From an uncultured delta proteobacterium (GTDB lineage: Bacteria > Desulfobacterota > WTBG01 > CAIYCZ01 > CAIRTM01), in contig CAWDSQ010000001.1 of the NCBI GenBank assembly GCA_963804955.1, positions 103,178-167,177 of the forward strand: 64,000 bases of DNA. Reading direction: 5' to 3'. Below, in pieces: positions 41,732 to 52,991 of this stretch. The notes under the pieces were generated by a model. It saw nothing but the letters and a program-made list of their open reading frames with translations, was not told where the DNA came from and made no database searches. The position numbers were made by a program, and so were the translations under genes. The first letter of the stretch is position 1. The number at the start of each line of letters is the position of its first letter.

Positions 41732-42673
41732 ATGAAATACTTTCTTCCTCAAGCTGTGTTAGTGCTGGCCGGCATGGTTGTTTTCTGCCTTGCCTGTGAT
41801 GCTGATGCCCGCGGTGTGGGCCGTGGCGGAGGCGGTCGGGGGGGCTTTGGCGGTGGAGGGTCGTATGGCTCGGTCAGGCAGTCGGGCGGCTATGGCAGCA
41901 GACCCGTAAACAGGCCTGAGCGTCCCTCGTCCGACTCATGGGAAAACCGCCGCGATATGCAGCGCGGTCAGTACGGATCAGTGCGGCAGAATGCAGAGAC
42001 AGAGGAGCTGCAAAACTGGGGAGAAGAACGCATTGATGACAGGAACTCGCGCCAGGAGAGGCGCCAGGAGCGCCGCCAGAGGATAGAGGACTCCAGGCTG
42101 GGGGAGTATGCCGCACTGCGGGAGGTACGGGAAAACCGGGATGATTTTATCTATTATGCCTATGATGACTACTGGTATGGCTGGGACGACTGGTATCTTG
42201 ACAACTATGATTATTATGATCACTGGTATTACCCGGCAACCGAATTTGCTGTTGCTTCAAACCCTGTTGTGATCGGCGTAAACACCTACTATTACACAAG
42301 CGAGGGTTATTGGTATATTCAGGTTTCAGACGAGGGTGAGACCGGGTATGTAAGGATTTCGACTCCTGCCGGGCATGAAGCAGCTGAGCTGCCGTCAGGA
42401 TACAAGACCATCACAGCCGACGGCAGAACCTACTATGTCAGCAACGGAACATTTTACATAAGCATCCAGAGTGATAGTGAAAACGCATATCTTGTGGTTA
42501 CCCCACCTTTCGGGGTCGAGGTGCCCGAACTGCCCCGGGATGCGGTGGCCGTGAACGAGGAAGGCTGCACCTATTACCAGCATGATCTGACCTGGTACCG
42601 AAAAATAACGGATGACGGCAAAACAAGCAGCAAAAGAGCCTATATGATTGTCGCCTCTCCTTTTAAAAAATAG
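41732..42673 (+). CDS. Exported Gly-rich/low-complexity protein with Tyr-rich C-terminal repeats (DUF6515-like), paralog 1
   Basis: Signal ending DADA-RG; RGG tract; D/Y/W-rich segment; LPSGYKTITADGRTYYVSNGTFY...YLVVTPP. Confidence 0.7.
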   Translation: MKYFLPQAVLVLAGMVVFCLACDADARGVGRGGGGRGGFGGGGSYGSVRQSGGYGSRPVNRPERPSSDSWENRRDMQRGQYGSVRQNAETEELQNWGEERIDDRNSRQERRQERRQRIEDSRLGEYAALREVRENRDDFIYYAYDDYWYGWDDWYLDNYDYYDHWYYPATEFAVASNPVVIGVNTYYYTSEGYWYIQVSDEGETGYVRISTPAGHEAAELPSGYKTITADGRTYYVSNGTFYISIQSDSENAYLVVTPPFGVEVPELPRDAVAVNEEGCTYYQHDLTWYRKITDDGKTSSKRAYMIVASPFKK

Positions 42674-42856
42674 AGCATTTTTCTAAATAGTGTAGCCCTA
42701 TTGTCATTTCGAATCCCGCAGCAGGCGGGATGAGAAATCTTAACAACTTGATTATACTGCAGCCTAAGATCTCTCCCGGAGCCTGCCATGAGCGAAGTCG
42801 AAGGGGTCGAGATGACAGATAGATAGACCGTCTATAGTAAAAAGAAAAATGCTCTA
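42671..42856. mobile_element. MITE-like element with 14-bp perfect terminal inverted repeats and a nested palindromic repeat
   Basis: TAGAGCATTTTTCT ... AGAAAAATGCTCTA; inner TGTCATTTCGA...TCGAGATGACA (42702-42817). Confidence 0.6.
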
Positions 42857-43084
42857 GTGCTGCAGAAACGGTAGGTCTCTGCAAGCATGAGCAATCGATC
42901 GCATGTCCGGATACCCCGGGCTGCGTGCCGGGTGGGGCAGCATGAAGAGGTTGCGGCCTATTCTGTAATCAATTTTTAATTTATTTTGTATTGGATTTTC
43001 TGAGCTGTGCTAAAATAACTTGAAAGAGCAGTGCTTCCGCATTTTGTGAAACAGGGAATTTAATAACTTTATGAGGAGACAGCC

Positions 43085-43852
43085 ATGAAGTACATGCTGC
43101 AGCTGGTGTTTTTTTCTGCATTTTTTGTATCGCTGACGGCAGGTTTCGGTTGGGGTGCTTCTGCCGCCTCGATTGATCCGCAGGCCGAGAAAATTATGCA
43201 GGCCATGAACGCTCAGAAAAAAAAGAATATCATGGCCAGCCTGGAAATTGTTGACACCATGGATGAAGTGTCCGAAGCCGGGCAGATGATCCAGTACTCC
43301 CATATGCGCAGGCTGGTGGTCAGCGAGCCGAAGCGGTTCTGGATCGAATCGACAGGCGACATTACCAACACCACCATGTGGAAAGACAATACGACGATTA
43401 CCCTGCTTGACCGCAGGGCCAATGCCTATGCGCAGGCAGCGGCTCCCGGCACCATTGACGAGACCATGGACATGCTGCTTGACACCTACGGAGTTACAAC
43501 GCCCCTTGCCGACCTGCTGAGCGATGACCTGTTCGCGGTTTTGATGAAAAACGTCATAGCCTGCCGCTACGTGGGGCTCCACTCTGCCGACGGCATTACG
43601 TGCCACCATATCGCGGCGACGCAGAAAAATATCGACTGGCAGATATGGATTGACGCCGGAGGTACACCTCAGTTGCGCAAAATCATCATAACCTATAAAC
43701 AGAAGCCCGGTGCGCCGCAGTACACCGCGGTTTTGAAAAGTTTTAATGAGATTAAGCAGCTGCCCGGGGACACTTTTACCTTCAAGGCGCCGGAAAAAGT
43801 CGAAAAGATACCACTTCTCCCAGTAAAAAAACGCTCTAAAAAACAGCCGTAA
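43085..43852 (+). CDS. DUF2092-family periplasmic protein
   Basis: Signal peptide; IDPQAEKIMQAM; PLADLL; CHHIAATQKNIDWQIWI; FTFKAP. Confidence 0.8.
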   Translation: MKYMLQLVFFSAFFVSLTAGFGWGASAASIDPQAEKIMQAMNAQKKKNIMASLEIVDTMDEVSEAGQMIQYSHMRRLVVSEPKRFWIESTGDITNTTMWKDNTTITLLDRRANAYAQAAAPGTIDETMDMLLDTYGVTTPLADLLSDDLFAVLMKNVIACRYVGLHSADGITCHHIAATQKNIDWQIWIDAGGTPQLRKIIITYKQKPGAPQYTAVLKSFNEIKQLPGDTFTFKAPEKVEKIPLLPVKKRSKKQP

Positions 43853-43875
43853 CTTTTGCCGGGAAGGAGGCGGGT

Positions 43876-45117
43876 ATGAAACGAGTAAGCAGTATTGCAG
43901 CAGTAATTTTTGCAGGTATTTTTGTTTTCTGCCTTACCTATGACGCTGATGCCCGCGGCGGCGGCAGAGGGGGTGGCGGCGGTGGCCGTGGCGGTGGTGG
44001 TGGCGGCGGAGGATTCAGTCGGGGGGGCGGGGGATTCGGCGGCGGAGGTTCCTACGGCTCGGTGCGTCAATCAAGCGGCTCCGGCCGTTCAGCAAGCCGG
44101 TCCAGCGATTATGGCCGATCATCCAGTCGGTCCGGCGACTCCAGCCGTTCATCAGGGCGATCATACGATAGATCGAGCGATTATGGCTCGGGGCGCACCA
44201 GCGGCAAGGATTACAGCTCGCTGATGAGCGGCAGCCAGAGCAGCAGCCGCGATGTGCAGCGAGGGCAGTACGGATCAGTGCGCCAGAGCCCGGACACGGC
44301 ACGGGCGGAAAGCCAGCGCACAAGCAGCAGCACTGACAGGACTGCGCGGCAGGATTCGCGCACCGACGGAGCGCGACCGACACGTCAGGACACGCGAACA
44401 ACGGAGCGCACCACCAGGCAGGATGAGCGAACAACCGAGCGCACCGGCCGGCAGGATGAGCGGAGTACGAACCGAACCGAGCGGCAGGATGGCCGGGCGG
44501 AAGGCAGCACGGATCGTCAGGCAAATCGCAGCGAGCGCCGGCAGAACATACAGGACTCGAAGCTTGGAGAGTATGCCGGCATGCGGGGGCTGCAGGAAAA
44601 CAGGCAGGATTTTCTGGAAGATTCCTATGATGATTACTGGGATGACTGGGATGACTATTATCATGACAACCATTATTATTACGACCACCACTATTACCCG
44701 GCAGCAGCCTTTATCATCATACCCACAGCCGTTATAGTCGGCACCACCACCTATTACACAAGCGAGGGTCAATATTACAGCCAGGTTTCAAATCAGGGTG
44801 AGACCGGCTATGTAAAGGTTTCGACTCCCGCCGGCTATGAAACAGCCACGCTGCCCGCAGGATATAAGACCATTATTGCCGACGGCAAAACCTATTATGT
44901 CAGCAATGGGACATTTTACATAAAGCCCCAGGGCAAAAGCACCTATATCGTGGTTACCCCGCCCTTTGGGATCGAAGTGCCAGAGCTGCCCAAAGATGCC
45001 GTGCCGGTTAAAGTAGAGGGCAAAACCTATTACCAGTATGATCTGGTGTATTACCGCAAAGTCGTAGATGAAGGCAAAACGAGCTATGTGATTGTCGCCT
45101 CTCCGTTTAAAAAATAG
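43876..45117 (+). CDS. DUF6515-like exported low-complexity protein, paralog 2
   Basis: Same architecture as 41732 with expanded Ser/Arg tract and 11-aa RQDxRT repeats; identical IVASPFKK end. Confidence 0.7.
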   Translation: MKRVSSIAAVIFAGIFVFCLTYDADARGGGRGGGGGGRGGGGGGGGFSRGGGGFGGGGSYGSVRQSSGSGRSASRSSDYGRSSSRSGDSSRSSGRSYDRSSDYGSGRTSGKDYSSLMSGSQSSSRDVQRGQYGSVRQSPDTARAESQRTSSSTDRTARQDSRTDGARPTRQDTRTTERTTRQDERTTERTGRQDERSTNRTERQDGRAEGSTDRQANRSERRQNIQDSKLGEYAGMRGLQENRQDFLEDSYDDYWDDWDDYYHDNHYYYDHHYYPAAAFIIIPTAVIVGTTTYYTSEGQYYSQVSNQGETGYVKVSTPAGYETATLPAGYKTIIADGKTYYVSNGTFYIKPQGKSTYIVVTPPFGIEVPELPKDAVPVKVEGKTYYQYDLVYYRKVVDEGKTSYVIVASPFKK

Positions 45118-45202
45118 CAGTGCCCGCTCACCATAAACAGCGGCATACATAACAGCGTGTGCTTTTACAATGTTCTTCAAACATTAATAAAAGGGAGAAA
45201 AC

Positions 45203-45892
45203 ATGAAAATTCAAAAAAGAAACGGTACGGGAATCTGTCTGCTGGCAGCCATTGTTTGTCTGCTCGGGGCCTGCGCGACGATGCAGGCCCGCAGCACGAA
45301 TACAACGGGATTTCTGGGTGACTATTCGCAGCTTAAAGAGGGCGGCGACGGCAAGGCCCTGCTGGTGTATATCGACCCGCAGGCTGATATCAAATCCTAC
45401 AAGCGTATTCTCATGGACCCGGTCAAGCTGTATGCCTCGAAGGAGAACAGCATGGAGAATGTTTCCCTGGAAGACCGGCAGAAGCTCCTGAATTATGCTG
45501 ATGCCTCCATTCGCGAACATCTTGCAAAAGATTATGTATTCGTGCAGCAGCCCGGCCCCGGTGTCATGCGCCTGCGCTTTGCACTTACCGAGACCGATAG
45601 CTCCTATGTGGTTCTTGATACGGTCTCCACCATTCTGCCCATAGGCCTTGCTTTGGCCGGCCTTCAGACGGCTGCAACGGGCTCATGCTCCTTTGTCGGC
45701 TCCGCGGGCGCCGAAATCGAGCTGCAGGACAGCCAGACCGGCAAGCGCCTTGTGGCGGCGGTTGACCGCCAGGTAGGGGGCAAAGTGACCGGCAAGGGCG
45801 ACAAGTTTGACGAATGGCACACGGTGAAGAATGCCATCGACTTCTGGGCTGAGCGCCTGCAGACCCGCCTTGCCGAGCAGCGGGCGAAGTAA
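45203..45892 (+). CDS. DUF3313-family lipoprotein, copy 3
   Basis: LLGACATMQARS...GFLGDYSQLK...WAERLQTRLAEQRAK. Confidence 0.85.
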   Translation: MKIQKRNGTGICLLAAIVCLLGACATMQARSTNTTGFLGDYSQLKEGGDGKALLVYIDPQADIKSYKRILMDPVKLYASKENSMENVSLEDRQKLLNYADASIREHLAKDYVFVQQPGPGVMRLRFALTETDSSYVVLDTVSTILPIGLALAGLQTAATGSCSFVGSAGAEIELQDSQTGKRLVAAVDRQVGGKVTGKGDKFDEWHTVKNAIDFWAERLQTRLAEQRAK

Positions 45893-46000
45893 GGAAAGGA
45901 GAAAGGCTTTTGAACGAAAAAGCTGCCCGTAGTATTTCGCAGCTTGAAGGGGGCTCGCTGCGCACCTGTAACCATAAACAGTAAAAAGGAGAAAAAAGGC

Positions 46001-46618
46001 ATGAAAAAGACGTATGCGACTCTGATGGCAATAACTCTGATGGCGGTACTGTCTGCCTGCGCAACCGCGAAGCAGGAGGCTCCTGCAGCGCCTGAAGTAT
46101 CAGTAGCGGCGGCAAAATCAGCTGACCAGCCCGGCGGCATTATCGGCCAAAAGGTGGTGACCAGGGTCGTAGTCGATTCAATAGATTACAAAGAGCGCAC
46201 CGCGGTGCTGCGCGACAGCGAGAACAAGCTGCACTATTTCAAGGCGGGGCCTGAAATTCGCAATTTCCCCCAGCTGAAAGTCGGCGACGAGGTTATCACG
46301 GAGCAAACGGAATCAGTTGCCATTCTTGTGGACAAGCCTCAGGGCAAGCCTGCCGGAGGCGGCGCCCAGGTTGTGAAGCGCGCTCCCCTTGGCGCAAAAC
46401 CCGGCATGGAAGCCGTAAATGTATACGAGGTTACAGCCACCGTGGAGAAAATCGACTATAAAAACCGTATGATAACGCTCAAGGGCCCGGAGGGGAAGTT
46501 CATCACAACGCAAGTTGATCCGAGCCTCACCAGATTCAATGAGGTTAAAAAAGGCGATATGATTTATATGCAGTTCACCGAGGGGCTGGCGATCCGCGTT
46601 GAAACGCCGCAAAAATAA
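46001..46618 (+). CDS. Lipoprotein with two internal beta-rich (OB-like) repeats
   Basis: Lipobox LSAC; VDSIDYKERTAVL..LKVGD and VEKIDYKNRMITL..VKKGD. Confidence 0.75.
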   Translation: MKKTYATLMAITLMAVLSACATAKQEAPAAPEVSVAAAKSADQPGGIIGQKVVTRVVVDSIDYKERTAVLRDSENKLHYFKAGPEIRNFPQLKVGDEVITEQTESVAILVDKPQGKPAGGGAQVVKRAPLGAKPGMEAVNVYEVTATVEKIDYKNRMITLKGPEGKFITTQVDPSLTRFNEVKKGDMIYMQFTEGLAIRVETPQK

Positions 46619-46892
46619 TGGTAGTTCAGCCCGGGGCTGAGCAGCGCAATGAAAAGAATGCTTTTTGCAGGCCGGGTTAATCCGCCGCGGCGGATGCCCG
46701 GCCCTGCTTGTATCGGGCAGAACCACAGTATGACGCAGCGTAAAATCTGTGTAGGCCGGCCGGCTCGATTGTATTGACAGAAACGGAAAAATAGGGAAAA
46801 TATCCATGCAGGCTGGCGATGGAGGCTTCTGACGAGCCGCCTGGCTATTGAAAAAGTTTCGAGGATAATTTTATACATGGAGAAATGCGGGC

Positions 46893-47114
46893 ATGAAATA
46901 CGACTGGGTTAAGAAAAGGAGAAAAGTGCTGCGCAATATCTGGCACTCACTCAAAATAGAAGAAAAAGAGCTGGCATCTAAAGGCATTTTTGTAAGCTAT
47001 GCAAATGCCCAGCAGGAGCTTGAGAAGCTTACAGCTGAAATTGATAAAATTCCAGTGGATGATCCGCCGGAAATATCGCCCCATAAGGCGGCCCGGAAGG
47101 CTATAACCGGTTAG
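46893..47114 (+). CDS. Small hypothetical protein
   Basis: RBS GGAG upstream; charged helical 73-aa sequence. Confidence 0.45.
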   Translation: MKYDWVKKRRKVLRNIWHSLKIEEKELASKGIFVSYANAQQELEKLTAEIDKIPVDDPPEISPHKAARKAITG

Positions 47115-47318
47115 CCCGCTACGCAAGACGGCAGGGTGCGGCAGTGCGGACTTTCTTTTTATTGACGCACAAACGAAATCCATATACAATGGATTTTAAA
47201 TGAAGGCATCTACGCTCGGAGACTTCCCCCCCTCTTGTCTCCGGGCAGCCTTCATTTTTTTTTGTCTTCAGGGAACCAGAGCCCTAAATCTGAAAACAGG
47301 TAAAAATACGAGGGTTCC

Positions 47319-48651
47319 ATGCGCACATTTTTCAGAGAGACGCAACAGCCGGGTTTGCGGACCCCACTTGTTTTTTGCTTCATTGCCCTCATGCTCTCCG
47401 GCTGCACGCATATGGGCGGTTATCTCGGCTTTTGGCAGCATCAGCATGAGCTGAAGAAAGCCTTTCATGAAGACCCCCGCGCCGACCTGCTTCGGCAGCT
47501 TGACCCGCAAGACTGCTTTCTGCTTGCGGGTGCCTTTGCTTTCACGAGTGATTATAATAAGCCGGTGCTGGTTGTTGCTGTCACCGACAGGTTCAAGAAG
47601 CGCGAGATCGTTGCCCAAAGAATTCTGCAGCCGGGCGTCTTTCTCTATCAGGCCTACCTTCCCGAAGGCCACTATGACCTGTATTTTTTCGCGGACCTTG
47701 ATGAAAACGATTTCTTCGACGCCCATGAGATGATCGGCCAAACAGCCGGTGAGCCGATACGGGTAAACAGGGCGGAAGTTAAAGACGGCCTGACGGTTCT
47801 CGGCCCTTCCTTCATTTTCGATCTCAGCCGCCCGGCAACAACCGCTTTGCCGGTGAGAGTCAGGGTTCGTGACCAGGCGTATGCCTTTGATTCTCTTGAT
47901 GACGGGTTTTTTGATCCGCACTACGGCGACCTTGGACTGTATAAACCCATGGCCTTCATGGCCCATACGCAGCGCTATGTATTTTCCCTTGAGAAACTGG
48001 ATCCAGGGAAAACGATGGTGCTTTTTGTCCATGGGGTTGGGGGCACACCCCGGGATTTTAAATATCTGGTTGCCGGCCTTGATACAAAACGCTATCAGCC
48101 GTGGTTTTACTTTTATCCGTCGGGCATGCCGCTGCAAAAACTCGGCTCCTTGCTTGCGCGGATCATCAGGTATCTTACCGCGGCTCAATATTTTCATGTG
48201 CAGCGCGTTATTGTCGTGGCGCACAGCATGGGCGGGCTGGTGGCGCTGTCCGCCTTGAATGAGCTTTACCGCGACGGCGCGCCGCCATATTTGCAAGGAT
48301 ATGTCTCCTTTGATTCTCCCTATGGCGGGGTTGAAGCAGCCAAAAAGGGCGTGGAAAAAGCCCCTGCGGTAGTGCCGTCATGGCGTGATGTGGCAACCGG
48401 AAGTCCCTTTCTTGAACAGCTCTACCAGGGGCCTGCACTGGCCGCACTTCCTTTTTATCTTTTTCGGCTACACAACCGGCGACAGCAGCGACGGAACCAT
48501 AACCCTGCAGAGCCAGCTGGAGGCAAAGGTGCATTTTTCGGCTTCTAAAAGCTACGGCTTCAATGCCACCCATGTGGGCATCCTGAATGACGATGCGGCC
48601 CGGCAGCAATTCTACCGGGTGCTTGCAGGTCTTGACGGTAACGGGAATTGA
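47319..48651 (+). CDS. Alpha/beta-hydrolase lipoprotein; frameshift near 48455
   Basis: Lipobox LSGC; VLFVHGVGG; VAHSMGG; SPYGG; tail SDGTITL...THVGIL in another frame. Confidence 0.85.
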
Positions 48652-48737
48652 CCGGAAATCCAGCATGCTGAGAAATTAAAAAGCGGCCAGGCGTAATGCC
48701 TTGGCCGCTTTTAGTTGCATAGTATGGATGGAGTTTC

Positions 48738-50860
48738 TTACCTTCTGCCTCTGCCTCCGCCACCGAAACCGCCGACCTCCATAGCGGCTGCCGCCGCCAC
48801 CATACCCCCCGCCAGAGCTGAAAGTTGAGTACCGTTGCGCGCCTTCCGAGCGCGAGCGGGCTGCTTCATTAAGTTCGCGCGTGCGGTCCTGTGTGCTGCC
48901 GGCGTCGCGGTTGCCGAACCGGCCCTGGCTGCTGTCGGTGTTTGCCGCCTGGTCAGTGCCGGTGGTGCTGGAATTTTTAGCGCGACTGGTTGCCGCCGGC
49001 TGTGTGGTGTCTCCCGCACGATGGTCCTGGATTTTTTTGATGTCCTTTGCCTTTGAATAGTTGGTCAGCTCCCACTCGCCGGAGTCGGCATCATACTGCT
49101 TCCAGCCGCCTGCTTCCCGCTTGTATACTTCGCCGTCTGCGGGTGGCATAATGGCCGTCTTCGGTGCGGGCAAACGTGGTATCGCCCACCTTGGTATAAT
49201 TGCCGTACTCATTATAGCCGCGCTCTACGAATCTGCCGTCGTAGGTCTCGTGAATTTTAAAATAATCATCATTGTAATAATAATAATTCGGGGGCGGGTA
49301 CCAGTAAGCGCCTGCCCAGCCCGGGTACACATAGCCGGTCGAGTACACCACGGTGTTAGACGATGTTACAACCGCGCCGTTATAGCCGGAGGTATAGCCC
49401 GTATAGACGGCAGTGGGCGTTGTGCCGTAGACATAGACATAGGTCACATAATGCATGGGCGAGCTTGGCGGTATGGTGTAGATGACCTGCGGAACGCTGG
49501 TTGCCACGGCCCAGGGCCCGATGGGTGATGTGCCGCAAAACCAGACGCCGTTCTGCACCAGGTAATAGGTTCTTGTCGTCGACGCGGATGACCGGCAGCG
49601 AAGCGTTTACCGCATAGCGCAGCGGGGTGCCCTCGATGGGATTGAACTGCGGCTGGCCGTCATAGGCAACCTTTGCGGTTGTCGATTTGCTGGTGGTCTG
49701 TGTGTGGGGCGTGGTTGCCTCGACAACCGCCTGCCTGTGCCTGCGGCGTGCCGGGAACGGCGTATAAAGCGCGGCCTGCAGGGCTTTGCGGTGGGATGCG
49801 GGCAAAATCAGGCGGCAGGTCCTTGCCGTCGACAAAAGTCCAGGGTCCCTGTCGGGACTCTGAGCGATACCAGCGGCCATCGATCAAAATATAATACCTG
49901 AGGCTGTTCATATCAAAAAGAATTATATCATTTGAGTTTGCCGCATAGCGCAGTGCTGTGCCGGGAATGTCTTCAAGATCAGGGTTGCCTTTTGTCTGAA
50001 TAAGCCGTGCAGGAACGGTAGACACATAAATATCCGGCAACTGCCCGGCCTTCATGCTTTTTTTGATCTCGGGAGAAATGTTTTCAAGCAGATCAACCTT
50101 TTTGCCTGCTGTCAGCTCTTTCTTTACAGCCTCCAGGCCTGCCGTAGTGCCCGGTGCAGCCGACCATGGCCCGTCAAGAGAAGGCGCCTGCACCCAGCGG
50201 TCTGACAGCCACAGGTAAAAGGGGCTGCCGGATTTGCCTGCCAGCAGCAGCACGCCTGTATTGATGACTTGTTTGTACTCTGAATTTTTTATCTCGTGCA
50301 GCACGGGCTTGCCGTCAACCAGCGCCAGCACGGAGAGCTTTGTTGTAAAAATAATCAGGGGCGGCGTGTTCTTGACCTGAGCCGTTTTCTTTGGCATGGC
50401 TGAACCCGATACTTCATGGCTTGCCTGCAGCCGGTCAAGAGCGATCTGCACCGGGTGTCTGGGCAGCGCGGTCTTGAGTGCAGCGAGGTAGCTCTGACCT
50501 TTGTCAGGTATCCCCTGAAAATTTATTTTCGTAATGGCAAAATCCTGCAGCAGCACCATGCGGGTTTCTTTATTTACCTCGGTGCGCGCCGTGAACCAGA
50601 CCGCGCCATAGCGCTGCTTCTGCTCCCCTGTAGCCTGTGCGCCGACGGCAGCCCTGGCGGTCAGTTTATTGCCCTCCCAGGTTTCAACCTGCGGCTGGCT
50701 GACCTGAGAAGGTCACAGCGCCTTCAACAATCTGCCGGGGCCAGTCGTCGCGAACCATTTGCGTATCCTGCGGAAATGGCGCGGGAGGATTGTTTGCGCT
50801 CGCGCAGGACAGCAGCAGCATAAGCGAGAATATGACGTGCATTTTCTTGAGGGTTTTCAT
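48738..50860 (-). CDS. Large exported protein with Tyr/Trp-rich repeats and a Gly/Arg-rich disordered tail; multiply frameshifted
   Basis: Consecutive minus-strand ORFs: YYILIDGRWYRSESRQGPW..LPPDFARIPP, QNGVWF..GPW..VPQVIYTIPP, YTGYTSGY, then a GGRGRR tail; signal-like start at 50860. Confidence 0.7.
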
Positions 50861-50911
50861 GGGTAGTATCCTTTCTTAACAGGCTTGCGGGAGACGGCTC
50901 CCGGGGACATA

Positions 50912-51701
50912 TTAAAAAGCATTGGGCATCCAGCGCTTAAGCAGTTCCCTCAGGCGTCCGTTCTGTTTCCAGGCCTCGATGAAGCGATTGGCTGAAGCCA
51001 GAAGCATGGTATTGTCTTTGCGGACGCCCCAGGCGATCTCTTCACGGGTGAGAAAAAACGGCAATGTGGTTATGCCCTTGGTTTCGTAGGTCGCGGCAAG
51101 CCACCAGATGATCGGAGCGTCATCCACAAAAAGGTCTATCTTGCCATCGATAAGAGCCTCAGCGCCTTTTGTAGGGTTGGCGAACGGCTCTTTTTTAGCC
51201 AGTGTCAAATTCTGCTGCACGAGAAAGTCGCCGGTGGTGCCCTTCCTCGTGCCTACCCGCATGGTCGTGAATCGAACGGCTGCAGTTGTGGGGTATCTGT
51301 TGCGCAGCTCATTGCGCACAAGGCACATCTGACCTGCCGTGAGATAGGGGCTGGTGAAAGCAATGCGTACCGAGCGCTGCTCGGTTTTGGTCATGCCCGA
51401 CATGATGATATCGAATTTGCCGTCGAGCAGCGCCGGTATCAGCTCGTTCCATGGGCAGTCGACAAACTGTATATTCATGCCCAGAGGCATCGCCAAGGCC
51501 CCTGGCAAGCTCGGCCTCAATCCCGGCATAATCACCGGCCTGCTTGAAGATCATGGGCGGGGAATTGGCGCACACGCCCACGCGCAAAAGAGGCTGTGCA
51601 GGCGATGATTCTTTCGGCTGTTGAGCAGCACAGCCAAGGCAGAGGCAGATAAGAGCGCAGCCAAAAGCTGTCGCCAGTGATTTGAAAGCAGTACGATTCA
51701 T
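50912..51701 (-). CDS. Family-3 (amino-acid-type) solute-binding lipoprotein; frameshift near 51497
   Basis: Lipobox LGC; LRVGVCANSPPM; LIPALLDGKFDIIMSGMT. Confidence 0.85.
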
Positions 51702-51843
51702 AGTGGCATCCTTTCATGCAGTGTTTGCTGCGCCATTGCAGCTTCTTTAAAGAGCTTCAGGAAAGCATTTTAAGGTTGGGCTTTACGAAAAAGTAATGTA
51801 TATAAAAACAATATAAAGTCAATCATTTCAGGGGCATGAGGCA

Positions 51844-52983
51844 ATGATTTCTCCTCCCGGCAGCACATTCCAGATGACAAGCTCGCCAGACGGCGCATGT
51901 ACGCTGGTGCTTGCAGGGGCGTGGAGCATATATCAGAGCCGGCCGTCAGTTGACGAGGCCCTCGGCAGGCTCAAGGCAGAGGAGGGCATAAAAAAAGTTT
52001 CCTTTGACTGTACGGCCCTCACCGGCTGGGACAGCGGCCTGCTGATCCTGCTTGCCAAAATAGCCGACATCTGCGCCTCCCGCGATATAGCCCTTGATAA
52101 AAGCGGCCTGCCCGACGGGCTGCAGCGGCTGCTGACGCTGGCCACGGCAATTCCCGAGCGCGCAGGCGCCCGCAAAACCGACATCCGCGATCCGTTTCTC
52201 GTCCGCGTTGCCGACGCAACATTCAATCTGCAGGCCGGCGCCCGTGATGCCCTCGCTTTTATTGGCGATGTAACTCTTGCCCTCGGGCGGCTGTTGTCGG
52301 GCAAGGCACGCTTCCGCAAGGCCGAGCTGTTCTTCCTCATGCAGAGCTGCGGCGCCGAGGCTTTGCCCATCGTGTGCCTGATCAGCCTTCTTGTGGGCCT
52401 CATTCTTGCCTTTGTGGGCGCTGTGCAGCTCCAGATGTTCGGCGCCCAGATCTATGTGGCAAGCCTTGTGGGCATCGGCATGGTGCGCGTCATGGGCGCC
52501 ATCATGACCGGCATCATCATGGCGGGCCGAACGGGCGCGGCCTTTGCCGCCGAGCTGGGCACCATGCAGGTAAACGAGGAGATCGATGCGCTGCAGACCA
52601 TGGGCATCTCTCCCATGGAGTTTCTGGTGCTGCCGCGCATGATAGCCCTTACCGTCATGATGCCGCTGCTGTGCGTGTATGCCGATCTCATGGGCATACT
52701 GGGCGGCCTGATCGTCGGCGTCGGCATGCTTGATCTCGGGGTCATGGAATACTATAACCAGACCGTCATATCGCTCAGCCTGACGCATTTCTGGATCGGC
52801 CTTTTTTACAGCACGGTTTTCGGCGTGCTGGTGGCGCTGTGCGGGTGCCTGCGGGGCATGCAGTGCGGCAGAAGCGCCTCTGCCGTGGGCACGGCAACCA
52901 CCTCTGCCGTGGTGACATCGATAGTGTGCATCATTGTGGCAACAGCCATTATAACCGTGATCTGCAATGTGCTGGGGATATAA
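51844..52983 (+). CDS. mlaE: MlaE-family ABC permease with N-terminal STAS-like domain
   Basis: WDSGLL; AGRTGAAFAAELGTMQVNEEIDAL; VGTATTSAVV. Confidence 0.9.
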   Translation: MISPPGSTFQMTSSPDGACTLVLAGAWSIYQSRPSVDEALGRLKAEEGIKKVSFDCTALTGWDSGLLILLAKIADICASRDIALDKSGLPDGLQRLLTLATAIPERAGARKTDIRDPFLVRVADATFNLQAGARDALAFIGDVTLALGRLLSGKARFRKAELFFLMQSCGAEALPIVCLISLLVGLILAFVGAVQLQMFGAQIYVASLVGIGMVRVMGAIMTGIIMAGRTGAAFAAELGTMQVNEEIDALQTMGISPMEFLVLPRMIALTVMMPLLCVYADLMGILGGLIVGVGMLDLGVMEYYNQTVISLSLTHFWIGLFYSTVFGVLVALCGCLRGMQCGRSASAVGTATTSAVVTSIVCIIVATAIITVICNVLGI

Positions 52984-52991
52984 AGAATAGA

